The notes under the pieces were generated by a model. The model saw only the letters and a list, made by a program, of their open reading frames with translations. It was not told the DNA's origin and searched no databases. A stretch of DNA of 64,000 nucleotides from positions 2,073 to 66,072 of the forward strand of contig JAWOHY010000026.1 in the NCBI GenBank assembly GCA_046484945.1, in the 5' to 3' direction. Every line of letters begins with the position of its first letter. Position 1 is the first letter of the stretch. The position numbers were made by a program, and so were the translations under genes. The DNA comes from Bacteroidales bacterium (GTDB lineage Bacteria > Bacteroidota > Bacteroidia > Bacteroidales > JAGOPY01). This document shows, one piece after another, positions 55,335-64,000 of the stretch.

Positions 55335-55399
55335 CCGACGACTAAAGCCGTCGGTTCCAATTTTGTAACATACTCAGAACCAACGGCTTTAGTCGTTGG
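55335..55399. repeat. Palindromic intergenic element, copy 1 (20-nt arms CCGACGACTAAAGCCGTCGG / CCAACGGCTTTAGTCGTTGG)
   Basis: The arms pair at 19 of 20 positions counting one G-U wobble (18 Watson-Crick pairs, one C-A mismatch). Each arm is also a small hairpin on its own. It lies next to the S8 peptidase stop codon. Confidence 0.85.
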
Positions 55400-55416
55400 A
55401 GTACGGCCCGAATCGA

Positions 55417-57105
55417 TTATCTCTTGATAATCTTAAAATTATAACTCTTTTCCTCAACCTTCAGTTTAAGTAAATAGATCCCAGGAGGCATGTTTTCCGG
55501 GAGGGTTAATTTTGCAATGCCGCCAGTCAAAACGTACAAGTCAGACACTATAAGCCTTCCGCCGATATCGGTAATCGAAACATTAGCCTGGTTTGCATTT
55601 TGATTTGAAAAACGCACATTTATCTCATTTTGTGCTGGATTGGGATAAATGTGAGTGTTGAACGGTTCGGGTTCGAAGGCGTCAATAACCGTCAAAATAC
55701 TGTTGGCTACGATGAAATCGGGTATACCGTAACCCAGCATATCATCAGGGTTAAGGTACTGACTGGCGCTTTTCCGTATGGCATCGGCTACCTGCATGTT
55801 GGTATAGGAGGGGTTTGCCTGCCAGAGGCATGCGGCCATACCAGCCAGGATGGGCGAAGAGAAAGAGGTGCCTCCGCCTGAGGTGAATGAACCATATGGA
55901 TCTGCCACATAAACACCGGACCCTTGTGCTACCACATCCGGTTTCACGCGGCCGTCGTAGGAAGGCCCGCGGGAGCTGAAAAAGGCATAATTGCCACCCG
56001 GATCCACTGCGCCGATCCCCATCACGCTGTCGCCATCAGAGGGAGCGCCCAGGTAAAACCAGGAGCCCGAACCGGAGTTTCCCAGGCTGTTGACCACCAG
56101 GATGCCCTTTTTAGCCGCCATATCGGCGCCGATGGTGATGGGTGTGGTATTGCCGTCCATATCCGAATAAGTGTGATTCTGTGATGGGTCGTCGAATGTA
56201 GTGTACCCGAGCGATGAGTTGATGATGTCGGCCCCGACGCTGTCGGCGAATTCGGCGGCGGAAACCCAGTTATATTCTTCGATGATATACTCCGTGGCCC
56301 CATCTTCTGATCTGAGCAGCCAGTAAGAGGCTTTGGGCGCGGTACCGATAAGTTGTCCCGGGTAATTCGCGCCCATGGTAGAAAGCACCATCGTACCATG
56401 AATATGATCGTTGAAAGTCACCTCCCCTCCCGCTACAAAATCGCGGGTGCCCAGGATCTGGTTATTTTGCCAGAGGCTGTCGAAAACAGGATGTGTATGG
56501 GTGTTTGTAAAACCTGCATCCAGCACGGCGATTACCATCCCCTCTCCCCTGTGGCCGAGGGCATGAACTTCATCGCCCCGCAGCATCTGGATCTGGTTCA
56601 GGGAAGGACCGTAATTAAAATCGCTCAAACCTTTCCCCATTTTCACATTCGCCGGAAAAGGCTGGTTGTAATCCTCATACTTAAAGAAAGGTTTTTCATC
56701 CAATTGATCAATACCGGAAACATCACCCGGTGCAACGGAAGATTTGGTGACGCCCTGCACATAGGGAAGAGCGGCTATATCGGCCAGCACGCCCGGGTCT
56801 GTCGTATAGATGGTAACGCCGTTGAACCATTTGGTGGGGTTCAGGATCGTGGCGCCAGTGGCGGCCACACCGGAAAGATAAGAAGGATTCACCGGAAGAT
56901 CGGAAACCTCTACCGGTATGTTCTGCTTGATCCTGCGGTCGATGGCACGCTGTGATAAAAAAGCCGAAGGATTGTCTATAGAATAAGGAGAATTGTTTTT
57001 ATCGGTGAATTTGACAAAATACTTGTTGGGTGCGATCTGAGACTGACCCATTGAAAAGAGCAATACAAGAACAAAGAGTGGCAGAAAAGATTTTTTCATC
57101 ATCAT
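55417..57105 (-). CDS. S8-family (subtilisin-like) serine peptidase with T9SS C-terminal sorting domain
   Basis: ORF 55417..57156. Start taken at the [11 protein letters not shown] signal peptide. The catalytic triad regions are VAVLDAGF, HGTMV and GTSFSSP. The C-terminal segment is [10 protein letters not shown]...GIYLLKLKV. Confidence 0.9.
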   Translation of the reverse strand: MMMKKSFLPLFVLVLLFSMGQSQIAPNKYFVKFTDKNNSPYSIDNPSAFLSQRAIDRRIKQNIPVEVSDLPVNPSYLSGVAATGATILNPTKWFNGVTIYTTDPGVLADIAALPYVQGVTKSSVAPGDVSGIDQLDEKPFFKYEDYNQPFPANVKMGKGLSDFNYGPSLNQIQMLRGDEVHALGHRGEGMVIAVLDAGFTNTHTHPVFDSLWQNNQILGTRDFVAGGEVTFNDHIHGTMVLSTMGANYPGQLIGTAPKASYWLLRSEDGATEYIIEEYNWVSAAEFADSVGADIINSSLGYTTFDDPSQNHTYSDMDGNTTPITIGADMAAKKGILVVNSLGNSGSGSWFYLGAPSDGDSVMGIGAVDPGGNYAFFSSRGPSYDGRVKPDVVAQGSGVYVADPYGSFTSGGGTSFSSPILAGMAACLWQANPSYTNMQVADAIRKSASQYLNPDDMLGYGIPDFIVANSILTVIDAFEPEPFNTHIYPNPAQNEINVRFSNQNANQANVSITDIGGRLIVSDLYVLTGGIAKLTLPENMPPGIYLLKLKVEEKSYNFKIIKR

Positions 57106-57167
57106 TAAATTTGGGTGCAAATTTACAAAAAAGCATCGTGATACCGGTTTTTTCATACTTTTATCAC

Positions 57168-57854
57168 ATGCGAATAGACATTATCACATTGTTCCCCGGC
57201 ATGTTCAGCGGTCCTTTTGACCAGTCGATCGTCAAAAGGGCACTTGAAAAAGGATTGCTTGACATTCACCTTCACGACCTCCGGGATTACACGGCCGACA
57301 AATACCGCAGCGTGGATGACTATCCTTACGGCGGGGGCGCCGGCATGGTCCTGATGATCGAGCCCATTGCCAGGTGTTTGGAGCGCCTGAAATCGGTCCG
57401 GGTTTATGACGAGGTGATCTATCTGACCCCTGACGGAGCGCTTTTCGATCAGAAAGCAGCCAATGAATTATCCATTAAACAAAACCTGGTATTATTATGC
57501 GGTCATTACAAGGGGGTTGACGAGCGTGTCAGGGAGCATCTTATAACCCGTGAGATTTCCATCGGAAACTATGTCATTTCAGGGGGTGAACTGGCAGCGG
57601 CTGTGGTGACCGATAGCCTGGCCCGCCTGATTCCCGGGGTGATCGGAGATGAAACCTCGGCCCTGTCCGATTCCTTCCAGGACGATTTACTCTCACCACC
57701 GGTCTACACCCGTCCGGCCGATTACAATGGGTGGAAGGTACCGGATATCCTTTTATCAGGGCACGGGCTAAAGATCAGGGAATGGCGCATGGAACAGGCC
57801 CTGAAAAGGACAAAGGAGAGGAGGCCCGGACTGATGGAAAGTATGGATGAATGA
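57168..57854 (+). CDS. trmD: tRNA (guanine37-N1)-methyltransferase
   Basis: ORF 57030..57854. ATG 57168 gives [13 protein letters not shown]. Also contains [13 protein letters not shown] and [14 protein letters not shown]. Confidence 0.95.
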   Translation: MRIDIITLFPGMFSGPFDQSIVKRALEKGLLDIHLHDLRDYTADKYRSVDDYPYGGGAGMVLMIEPIARCLERLKSVRVYDEVIYLTPDGALFDQKAANELSIKQNLVLLCGHYKGVDERVREHLITREISIGNYVISGGELAAAVVTDSLARLIPGVIGDETSALSDSFQDDLLSPPVYTRPADYNGWKVPDILLSGHGLKIREWRMEQALKRTKERRPGLMESMDE

Positions 57855-57927
57855 TATGCGCCCAGGGGGTTCCGGCGACCGAACCATTAATTTTTTCATA
57901 CCCTCTTTGGATTATCCCAAATAGTTG

Positions 57928-57935
57928 TATATTTG
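57928..57935 (+). promoter_or_regulatory. Bacteroidota promoter (rplS): -7 box TATATTTG with a -33 TTTG at 57906-57909
   Basis: 18-nt spacing between the two boxes. It lies 37 nt upstream of ATG 57973. Confidence 0.5.
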
Positions 57936-57972
57936 CACTCTTTTTTAAGAATCGCGATAATACCTGATAAAG

Positions 57973-58329
57973 ATGAGCAAGAATGAAATCATGCAGTTTG
58001 TTGACGGTCTTTCTGTTACAAAGGAATTTCCCGCTTTTAAGGCAGGTGATACGGTGACGGTGACTTATAAGATCCGTGAAGGTGGCAAGGAGAGGCTTCA
58101 GAAGTACCAGGGAGTGGTATTACAGCGGGTCGGCTCGGGACCTACCGAAACTTTCACCGTCCGTAAAATATCTGCCAATATTGGCGTCGAGAGAATATTC
58201 CCCATCGCCTCCCCTTTCATTGATGATATCCAGGTAAACAAAAGGGGCCGCGTCCGCCGGGCCAGGATCTTCTACCTGCGCGAACTGAAAGGCAAAAAAG
58301 CCCGTATCAAGGAAGCCAGATACAAATAG
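57973..58329 (+). CDS. rplS: 50S ribosomal protein L19
   Basis: 118 aa. Contains [14 protein letters not shown] and RRARIFYLR. Confidence 0.96.
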   Translation: MSKNEIMQFVDGLSVTKEFPAFKAGDTVTVTYKIREGGKERLQKYQGVVLQRVGSGPTETFTVRKISANIGVERIFPIASPFIDDIQVNKRGRVRRARIFYLRELKGKKARIKEARYK

Positions 58330-58383
58330 AGACCTTATCCAGAGGGTGTCTTAAAAGTCAGAAAATTTCGTTTTTTTAGTAGT

Positions 58384-58449
58384 CCGACGACTGAAGCCGT
58401 CGGTTTTAGTATTTGCAACATACTCGGAATCAACGGCTTTAGTCGTTGG
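58384..58449. repeat. Palindromic intergenic element, copy 2 (about 85 percent identical to 55335-55399)
   Basis: ccgacgactgaagccgtcgg ... tcaacggctttagtcgttgg, with the conserved loop core aacatactc. It lies between rplS and the Kef-type antiporter gene. Confidence 0.85.
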
Positions 58450-58588
58450 CGCACGACCTAAATCCCGTCAATAATTTGATTACACAGACTTTTAAAACAG
58501 CCTGTTTTATTTCTCTAATTCCCCTGATTGCCTCCAGGGCCGGGATCAATGAAATTATTTTTTTATTTTTGATTGAGAAAACCTGTAA

Positions 58589-60295
58589 ATGCATTTTGGC
58601 CTTCTGACAGATATCGTCCTTACCCTCGGCCTGGCAATCATTGTCATGTTTATATTCTACAGGTTCAAATTTCCGGCCATCATCGGACTTTTGCTTGCAG
58701 GTATCATTGCCGGGCCTCATGGCGTAGGCCTTATATCCGGTATTGAAGAGGTTGAGATCCTGGGAGAAATAGGCGTTATCCTGCTTTTATTTGCCATAGG
58801 CATTGAGTTTTCCATGAAAAACCTGATCCGTCTCCGGAAAACCTTATTGCTGGGCGGATCAGTGCAGGTGTTGCTGACCATCATGATAATCACGGTTATC
58901 GCCTACTATTATAAAGATAACAGTATCCAGGAAGCCATCTTCATTGGCTTCCTGATTGCCCTGAGCAGTACCGCTATTGTCCTTAAATTATTGAGGGACA
59001 AAGGAGAACTGGAAAGCGCTCATGGTCGTGTAATATTGGGTATCCTGATATTCCAGGACCTGATCATTGTCCCCATGATCCTGCTGATACCATACCTGTC
59101 AGGAGATATGGCAGCATCCAGCCAATCCATATGGATGGTTATGCTCAAATTTATTTCGATCATCCTTTTTGTTTTGATTGGATCAAGATATCTGATACCA
59201 AGGATACTTTTTTTGATCGCAAAAACGCAAAGCAAGGAATTGTTCAACCTGAGTATTATTGTCATTGCTTTTTCCGTCGCATTTATTACCCAGAGCATGG
59301 GGTTGTCACTGGCCCTGGGTGCGTTTCTGGCAGGACTTATGATATCAGAATCCGATTATAGTCAGGCTGCCCTGGGGAATATCCTTCCTTTCCTGCACGT
59401 GTTTACCAGCTTTTTTTTCCTTTCCATTGGAATGATGCTGGATATCAGTTATGTATTGGCAAATCCACTCCATATCCTCTTTTTTACCGTATTGGTTTTA
59501 TCGATCAAGACCCTAATCGCGGCACTGGCAGCTTTTATACTGGGATATCCCCTGCGGACGGTTATCCTGGTGGGTTTTACGATCAGCCAGGTGGGAGAAT
59601 TCTCCTTTATCCTGGCTTTGCAGGGGTCTTCTGCCGGTTTGTTATCTCCGGAAAATTACCAGCTCTTTTTAAATATTTCCGTTCTGAGTATGGCCACAAC
59701 CCCCCTTGCCATTTTATTTGCCAGCAAATTCGGGAGCCGGGTGATGAAGCTTAACATTCCCGACACCATTCGGTTTGGATATGCCAACATACCTGAAAGC
59801 AAGGTGGCCAGCATGGATGATCATGTGGTGATTGTCGGATACGGGATCAATGGCCGGAACGTAGCCCGTGCCACTAAGCATGCTGATATCCCGCATGTTA
59901 TCATCGAACTGAACCCTGAAACGGTACGGCAGGAAAAGGCTGAGGGGGAGATCATATTTTTTGGTGACGCCACCCAACCCGAGGTATTGGAGCATGCTTT
60001 TATCCAATCAGCCCGCATTCTGGTCATCACCATACCCGGTACGGGAGAAGCCGCCAGGATCATTGGAATAGCCCGTGCCATCAACCCGGAACTTTTTATT
60101 ATTGTCAGGACCCACCTGGTCCATGACCTGACAGCTATGTATGATGCGGGCGCTGATGAAGTGATCCCGGAAGAATTTGAAACATCGGTGGAGATATTTA
60201 CCAGGGTTATGCAGAAATATGACATTCCAAAGGATCAGATAGAGACACTCATTGATGATGTCCGTTCGGACGGGTATCAGGTATTCAGAAATTAA
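58589..60295 (+). CDS. Cation:proton antiporter (CPA2/Kef-type) with C-terminal TrkA-N (RCK) domain
   Basis: 568 aa. Has about 12 TM helices followed by the Rossmann motif VVIVGYGINGRNVA. Confidence 0.88.
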   Translation: MHFGLLTDIVLTLGLAIIVMFIFYRFKFPAIIGLLLAGIIAGPHGVGLISGIEEVEILGEIGVILLLFAIGIEFSMKNLIRLRKTLLLGGSVQVLLTIMIITVIAYYYKDNSIQEAIFIGFLIALSSTAIVLKLLRDKGELESAHGRVILGILIFQDLIIVPMILLIPYLSGDMAASSQSIWMVMLKFISIILFVLIGSRYLIPRILFLIAKTQSKELFNLSIIVIAFSVAFITQSMGLSLALGAFLAGLMISESDYSQAALGNILPFLHVFTSFFFLSIGMMLDISYVLANPLHILFFTVLVLSIKTLIAALAAFILGYPLRTVILVGFTISQVGEFSFILALQGSSAGLLSPENYQLFLNISVLSMATTPLAILFASKFGSRVMKLNIPDTIRFGYANIPESKVASMDDHVVIVGYGINGRNVARATKHADIPHVIIELNPETVRQEKAEGEIIFFGDATQPEVLEHAFIQSARILVITIPGTGEAARIIGIARAINPELFIIVRTHLVHDLTAMYDAGADEVIPEEFETSVEIFTRVMQKYDIPKDQIETLIDDVRSDGYQVFRN

Positions 60296-60311
60296 CAACG
60301 ACGAACGCATC

Positions 60312-60638
60312 ATGTCCTGCTCAAAAACGATCCGGAAAATAATCATCGCCCCCGCCATCGGACTGGTTTACATTTATAAATACCTCATCTCCCCTATTCT
60401 CCCGGCCGGGTGCCGCCATCTGCCCACCTGTTCCTCCTATGCCATCGATGCCCTGAAAATGCATGGCCTTTTCCGGGGAGGTTACCTGGCCGCAAACCGC
60501 ATCCTGCGTTGTCACCCCTGGGGAACCAGCGGCTATGACCCTGTCCCGCGCTTTCTCTTCAAGAGTTATAAGACCGGGAAATCTTTCAGGTTATGCTCCC
60601 ATGCACATCCCTGTTCCGACAGGCTGAAAAAGCACTGA
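60312..60638 (+). CDS. yidD: Membrane protein insertion efficiency factor YidD
   Basis: ORF 60252..60638. ATG 60312 was chosen. Contains YKYLISPILPAGCRHLPTCSSYA and RCHPWGTSGYDPVP. The C-terminal extension is longer than usual. Confidence 0.88.
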   Translation: MSCSKTIRKIIIAPAIGLVYIYKYLISPILPAGCRHLPTCSSYAIDALKMHGLFRGGYLAANRILRCHPWGTSGYDPVPRFLFKSYKTGKSFRLCSHAHPCSDRLKKH

Positions 60639-60705
60639 GCTGTGGCAATATTTCTTATTTTTGTATGATGATCAGACGCCTTTTTAATCTTCAATAAAAT
60701 TCGTT

Positions 60706-61146
60706 ATGGTTGCAAATAAACCCCCGGAAATTGTCACTGCCTGCAGAAAGGCACATTTCAACGCCACCCACCGCCTGCATAACCCCAACTGGGATGATGA
60801 TAAGAATGAGAAAGTATTCGGAAAGTGCAACAATGAGAATTACCACGGCCATAACTATAACCTGGTGGTTAAGGTAACGGGCCCTGTTGACCCTGAAACG
60901 GGATATGTCATCGACCTGAAAGACCTGAATGACATCATCCGTGATCATATCGTTGAGAGATATGACCACAAGAACCTTTACCTGGATGTATCCGATTTCC
61001 AGGACCTGAACCCTTCCGCAGAGAACATTGCCATCCGGATCTGGCATATCCTGAAGGGATTGCTCGACCCGCGTTTTGACCTGAGGATCGAGTTATACGA
61101 AACCGAACGTAATTTTGTCGAATACTCCGGACCTTCCAAAGCCTGA
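60706..61146 (+). CDS. queD: 6-carboxy-5,6,7,8-tetrahydropterin synthase (6-pyruvoyl-tetrahydropterin synthase family)
   Basis: 146 aa. Contains the zinc-ligand pattern FNATHRL...C..NYHGHNY and DHKNL. Confidence 0.9.
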   Translation: MVANKPPEIVTACRKAHFNATHRLHNPNWDDDKNEKVFGKCNNENYHGHNYNLVVKVTGPVDPETGYVIDLKDLNDIIRDHIVERYDHKNLYLDVSDFQDLNPSAENIAIRIWHILKGLLDPRFDLRIELYETERNFVEYSGPSKA

Positions 61147-61153
61147 ACACTTT

Positions 61154-62224
61154 ATGGAACACCACCACCACCACCATGATCACGGCGCGATAAGCCTTGA
61201 TACTTTTATTTCCGTAATGCAGCACACCCTGATGGTTACTTTCTTCGTGCTGGTGATGATGCTGCTCATCGAGTACATCACGGTGCAGACAAAAGGGCGC
61301 TGGAGCAAACCGCTGGGCCGCTCGGGCTACCTGCAGATCACCGTGGCCGCCATCCTGGGGCTGATCCCGGGCTGCCTGGGTGCTTTTACCGCCGTGTCCC
61401 TGTATATCCACCGCACTTTCAACTTCGCCGCCCTGCTGGCTGCCATGATCGCCACAGCGGGCGACGAAGCCTTCATCATGTTCTCCATGTACCCGGCCCA
61501 GGCCCTGAAGATCCACCTGGCTATTTTCCTCATCGCCCTGCTGGCTGGCTATTTCTATTATTTCTTCTTCAAGGATAAAAGCCCGCTGAAACATCCTGAA
61601 AAACATTTCCCGATCCACAAGGAAGACATGGCCTGTACCAGTTTTGTCCCGGGCCAGATCATCCCCCAGCTGCGGAAGATCACCTTCACCCGGGCGCTGC
61701 TGATGGCCGGGGGATTGTTATTCCTGCTGCATTTGTTCACCACAGCCGAATATCACGATACCGGCGGGTGGGAAAAGCCTACCTATATTATCGTCACTTT
61801 GATCGGACTGTTTATCGTGACTACCGTGCCCGACCATTTTCTCACAGAACACCTCTGGAAACACACCATCAAGGTTCACCTGCCCAGGATCTTTCTCTGG
61901 ACATTGCTGGCTTTCCTGGTGATTGATGTCGGACTGATCTATTTCCACCTGGAGCACTGGATCAGCAGCAACCTGCTGATCATGCTCGGACTGGCGCTGC
62001 TGGTCGGGATCATCCCCCAGTCAGGCCCGCATATCCTGTTTCTGACCCTGTTCCTTAGCGGCAACATACCCTTCAGCATCCTGCTGGCCAATACCATCGT
62101 ACAGGACGGGCACGGGGCCATCCCGCTGCTGGCCGAATCGGGCAGAAGCTTCGTGCTGATGAAGGCGATAAAGGTGGCCCTGGGACTGCTCGCCGGCGGG
62201 GCGGGGCTCGTGATGGGGTTCTGA
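61154..62224 (+). CDS. Putative 10-TM metal transporter (ArsP_2 / PF11449-like) with a native N-terminal His6
   Basis: ORF 61115..62224. ATG 61154 gives MEHHHHHHDHG. About 10 TM helices. The family assignment is from memory of the pattern and carries moderate confidence. Confidence 0.55.
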   Translation: MEHHHHHHDHGAISLDTFISVMQHTLMVTFFVLVMMLLIEYITVQTKGRWSKPLGRSGYLQITVAAILGLIPGCLGAFTAVSLYIHRTFNFAALLAAMIATAGDEAFIMFSMYPAQALKIHLAIFLIALLAGYFYYFFFKDKSPLKHPEKHFPIHKEDMACTSFVPGQIIPQLRKITFTRALLMAGGLLFLLHLFTTAEYHDTGGWEKPTYIIVTLIGLFIVTTVPDHFLTEHLWKHTIKVHLPRIFLWTLLAFLVIDVGLIYFHLEHWISSNLLIMLGLALLVGIIPQSGPHILFLTLFLSGNIPFSILLANTIVQDGHGAIPLLAESGRSFVLMKAIKVALGLLAGGAGLVMGF

Positions 62225-62269
62225 TTTATTATATATTCCTGAACCCTTTATAAATGCTGTATTCAATAT

Positions 62270-62363
62270 GCCACAAAAACACCAAATCACCAACTTACAC
62301 CAAAAGTTGAAAATCAAAATATTAACACATTAGAGTTCTTTAGTGTTTTTGTGCTTTTGTGGC
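62270..62363. repeat. Palindromic element of the CACAAAA-word type
   Basis: GCCACAAAA (62270-62278) pairs with TTTTGTGGC (62355-62363). The internal cacaaaaacac is the reverse complement of gtgtttttgtg (62343-62353). An A-run follows. Confidence 0.7.
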
Positions 62364-62439
62364 GAAAAAAAAATTGGAGTATTTAAATAGATGAACATTT
62401 ATGCTTCTGATATTGTTAACCAACCAGTAAGATTCAATC

Positions 62440-62991
62440 ATGAAATTTACATTGATATTATTGGCATTGGTTATGTCTTCTACTTTTTTGGCCGGACAGA
62501 ATTCAGCATCACAAAATCATGCCGTCAGCTTGAAAGGCAATCCGAAAGAGGTCGTAAACCAGGATGGTTTCACTATCCCTGTTTATGATTTTGAAGGGTT
62601 CAAGCCCATTTTGTTTCCGGATGACGACATCACCTACGTGATCAACTTCTGGGCGACCTGGTGCAAGCCCTGTGTGGAAGAGATCCCTGATTTTCTCAGG
62701 CTGTCGGAAGAACTGGCCGGGAAAAAGGTCCGTTTTATTTATGTAAGCCTTGATTTCAGGAGAAACCTGGAGAGCGGTGTCATACCTTTTATTAAAGCGC
62801 GCGGGATGAAAGATGGCGTTGTCATGCTGCACGATCCCGACGCCGACAAATGGATCGGGCAGGTCAGTGAAGCCTGGTCGGGCGCCATACCCGCGACCCT
62901 GATCGTCAGGGGCGATAAAAAAGAATTTTTTGAAAGCAAACTTCATTATACAGAACTCAAATCGATTGTTCAACAATTTTTAAATTTATAA
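62440..62991 (+). CDS. TlpA-family thiol:disulfide oxidoreductase (thioredoxin fold)
   Basis: 183 aa with a signal peptide and the WATWCKPC active site. Confidence 0.85.
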   Translation: MKFTLILLALVMSSTFLAGQNSASQNHAVSLKGNPKEVVNQDGFTIPVYDFEGFKPILFPDDDITYVINFWATWCKPCVEEIPDFLRLSEELAGKKVRFIYVSLDFRRNLESGVIPFIKARGMKDGVVMLHDPDADKWIGQVSEAWSGAIPATLIVRGDKKEFFESKLHYTELKSIVQQFLNL

Positions 62992-62993
62992 CC

Positions 62994-63608
62994 ATGAAAA
63001 AGATCACTGCTATGTTATTGATGTTCACTTTAGTTTCAGGTTCCGGATTCGTAGCCAATGCAGGCGGTTACGAGGTTGGTGATAAGGCGAAGGATTTCAA
63101 GCTGAAGAATGTCGACGGGAAATGGGTTTCCCTGAGCGATTATTCTGATGCGAAAGGCTTTATCGTCATGTTCACCTGCAATCACTGCCCGTATGTCATC
63201 GCTTATGAAGACCGGATCATCGAGCTGAACAAAAAATACGCCCCGCTGGGTTACCCGGTGATAGCCATCAACCCGAACGATGTTACCGTTTCGCCGGGCG
63301 ACAGCTTTGACAAGATGCAGGAACGGGCGAAGGAAAAGGGATTTACCTTCCCTTATTTATACGATGAAAAGCAGCAGGTTTATCCCGTTTTTGGCGCCAC
63401 CCGCACCCCGCATGTTTATATCCTGAGCAAAAAGGACGGCGAGATGTTCGTGGAATATATCGGCACCATAGATAACAACTACGAAGAGGCCTCGAAGGTG
63501 ACGGAAAAGTATGTGGAAAGCGCCGTTGATGCGTTGCTGAACGGCAAGAAACCGCTGGTGACGAACACCAGGGCGATCGGGTGCACGATCAAGGTGAAGA
63601 AGGGGTAA
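62994..63608 (+). CDS. Thioredoxin-fold redoxin-family protein
   Basis: 204 aa with a signal peptide. Contains a FTCNHCPYV CxxC-like motif and a redoxin-like fold pattern. Confidence 0.75.
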   Translation: MKKITAMLLMFTLVSGSGFVANAGGYEVGDKAKDFKLKNVDGKWVSLSDYSDAKGFIVMFTCNHCPYVIAYEDRIIELNKKYAPLGYPVIAINPNDVTVSPGDSFDKMQERAKEKGFTFPYLYDEKQQVYPVFGATRTPHVYILSKKDGEMFVEYIGTIDNNYEEASKVTEKYVESAVDALLNGKKPLVTNTRAIGCTIKVKKG

Positions 63609-63612
63609 AACC

Positions 63613-64000
63613 TCAATTCTTCGGAAAAGCCCCGAAGAGTTTCGACAGGAATCTGTGAAACTTATGGATCCCTCTGGGATCTGCGTACATCAGGATACAG
63701 GAGCCGCACACCAGTTTCACGCCATTCTGTTTGGCGATCTCATAGGCATCTTTGGTTTCGGCCCCCTGTTGGATCCAGACATGTGTCATGCCATGATGAA
63801 TGGCATTTTCCACCGCTCCGGCGGTGTTTTTTTTAGGGGTCATGAACAGGCCGTGCCTGACATCTTCAGGCAATTGAGAAACATCCTGGTAGCATTTGAT
63901 CCCTTCCAGGTCATCCATTTCCGGGTTCACGGGGTACATGTCGTATCCCTTGGCCAGCAGCTCTTTGAAGACAGCCCGGCTGAACTTCTTCGGGTCGCGC
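63613..64000 (-). CDS. CoA-binding domain protein (YccU-like), 5' end beyond the window
   Basis: The supplied ORF starts at M 63939, but the frame stays open to nt 64000 (RDPKKFSRAVFKELLAKGYDMYPVNP...). That stretch is the normal N-terminal part of CoA-binding proteins. Confidence 0.7.
   Translation of the reverse strand, partial: RDPKKFSRAVFKELLAKGYDMYPVNPEMDDLEGIKCYQDVSQLPEDVRHGLFMTPKKNTAGAVENAIHHGMTHVWIQQGAETKDAYEIAKQNGVKLVCGSCILMYADPRGIHKFHRFLSKLFGAFPKN

Noticed and set aside
61154-61186. The His6 run as evidence of an engineered or vector-derived sequence
   Set aside because: There are no flanking vector, linker or protease-site sequences. The gene is embedded in native synteny (yidD-queD-transporter-thioredoxins), and His-rich termini are common in metal transporters.

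Overview
Core chromosomal segment of a Bacteroidota genome. Supporting evidence: T9SS C-terminal sorting domains on three secreted hydrolases, TAnnTTTG -7 promoter boxes, and the gene orders BamD-RpoZ-CoaBC-DUF4835-RecN and MutL-rhomboid-rhomboid-EEP-UvrB. I call 59 protein genes, two of them cut by the window edges, and one tRNA-Arg(ACG). Almost all are housekeeping genes: gyrA, clpC, lon, recN, mutL, uvrB, serC/serA, dapA, galK, ndk, trmD, rplS, rpmE2, queD, yidD, coaBC, fabI, cysQ, nrnA, two acyl-CoA dehydrogenases and FKBP isomerases. I see no rRNA, CRISPR array, transposase, integrase, phage gene or recognisable multi-gene defence or secondary-metabolite cluster, so I cannot point to a novel protein-encoded system. 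The unusual content is non-coding. (1) Five gene-boundary spacers each hold two unrelated 7-11 bp tandem arrays side by side, often starting at a stop codon or ending in a start codon. (2) One of these is an 11-bp array (39827-39986) in which every unit is a start-stop mini-ORF (MTTV) joined to the next by an ATGA overlap. It forms an unbroken chain from the stop codon of an alpha/beta hydrolase gene to the ATG of an HD-domain gene. It is preceded by an 8-bp array that is open in all three frames and is translated as the hydrolase C-terminal tail. (3) galK contains an in-frame 15-bp repeat with a perfect 13-bp hairpin, just upstream of its GHMP kinase motif. (4) There are two families of about 65-100 nt palindromic intergenic elements, one of which brackets a small HTH regulator gene that has its own palindromic operator-like sites. 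All functional readings of these repeats are inference. Coordinates and sequence patterns were read directly from the sequence.
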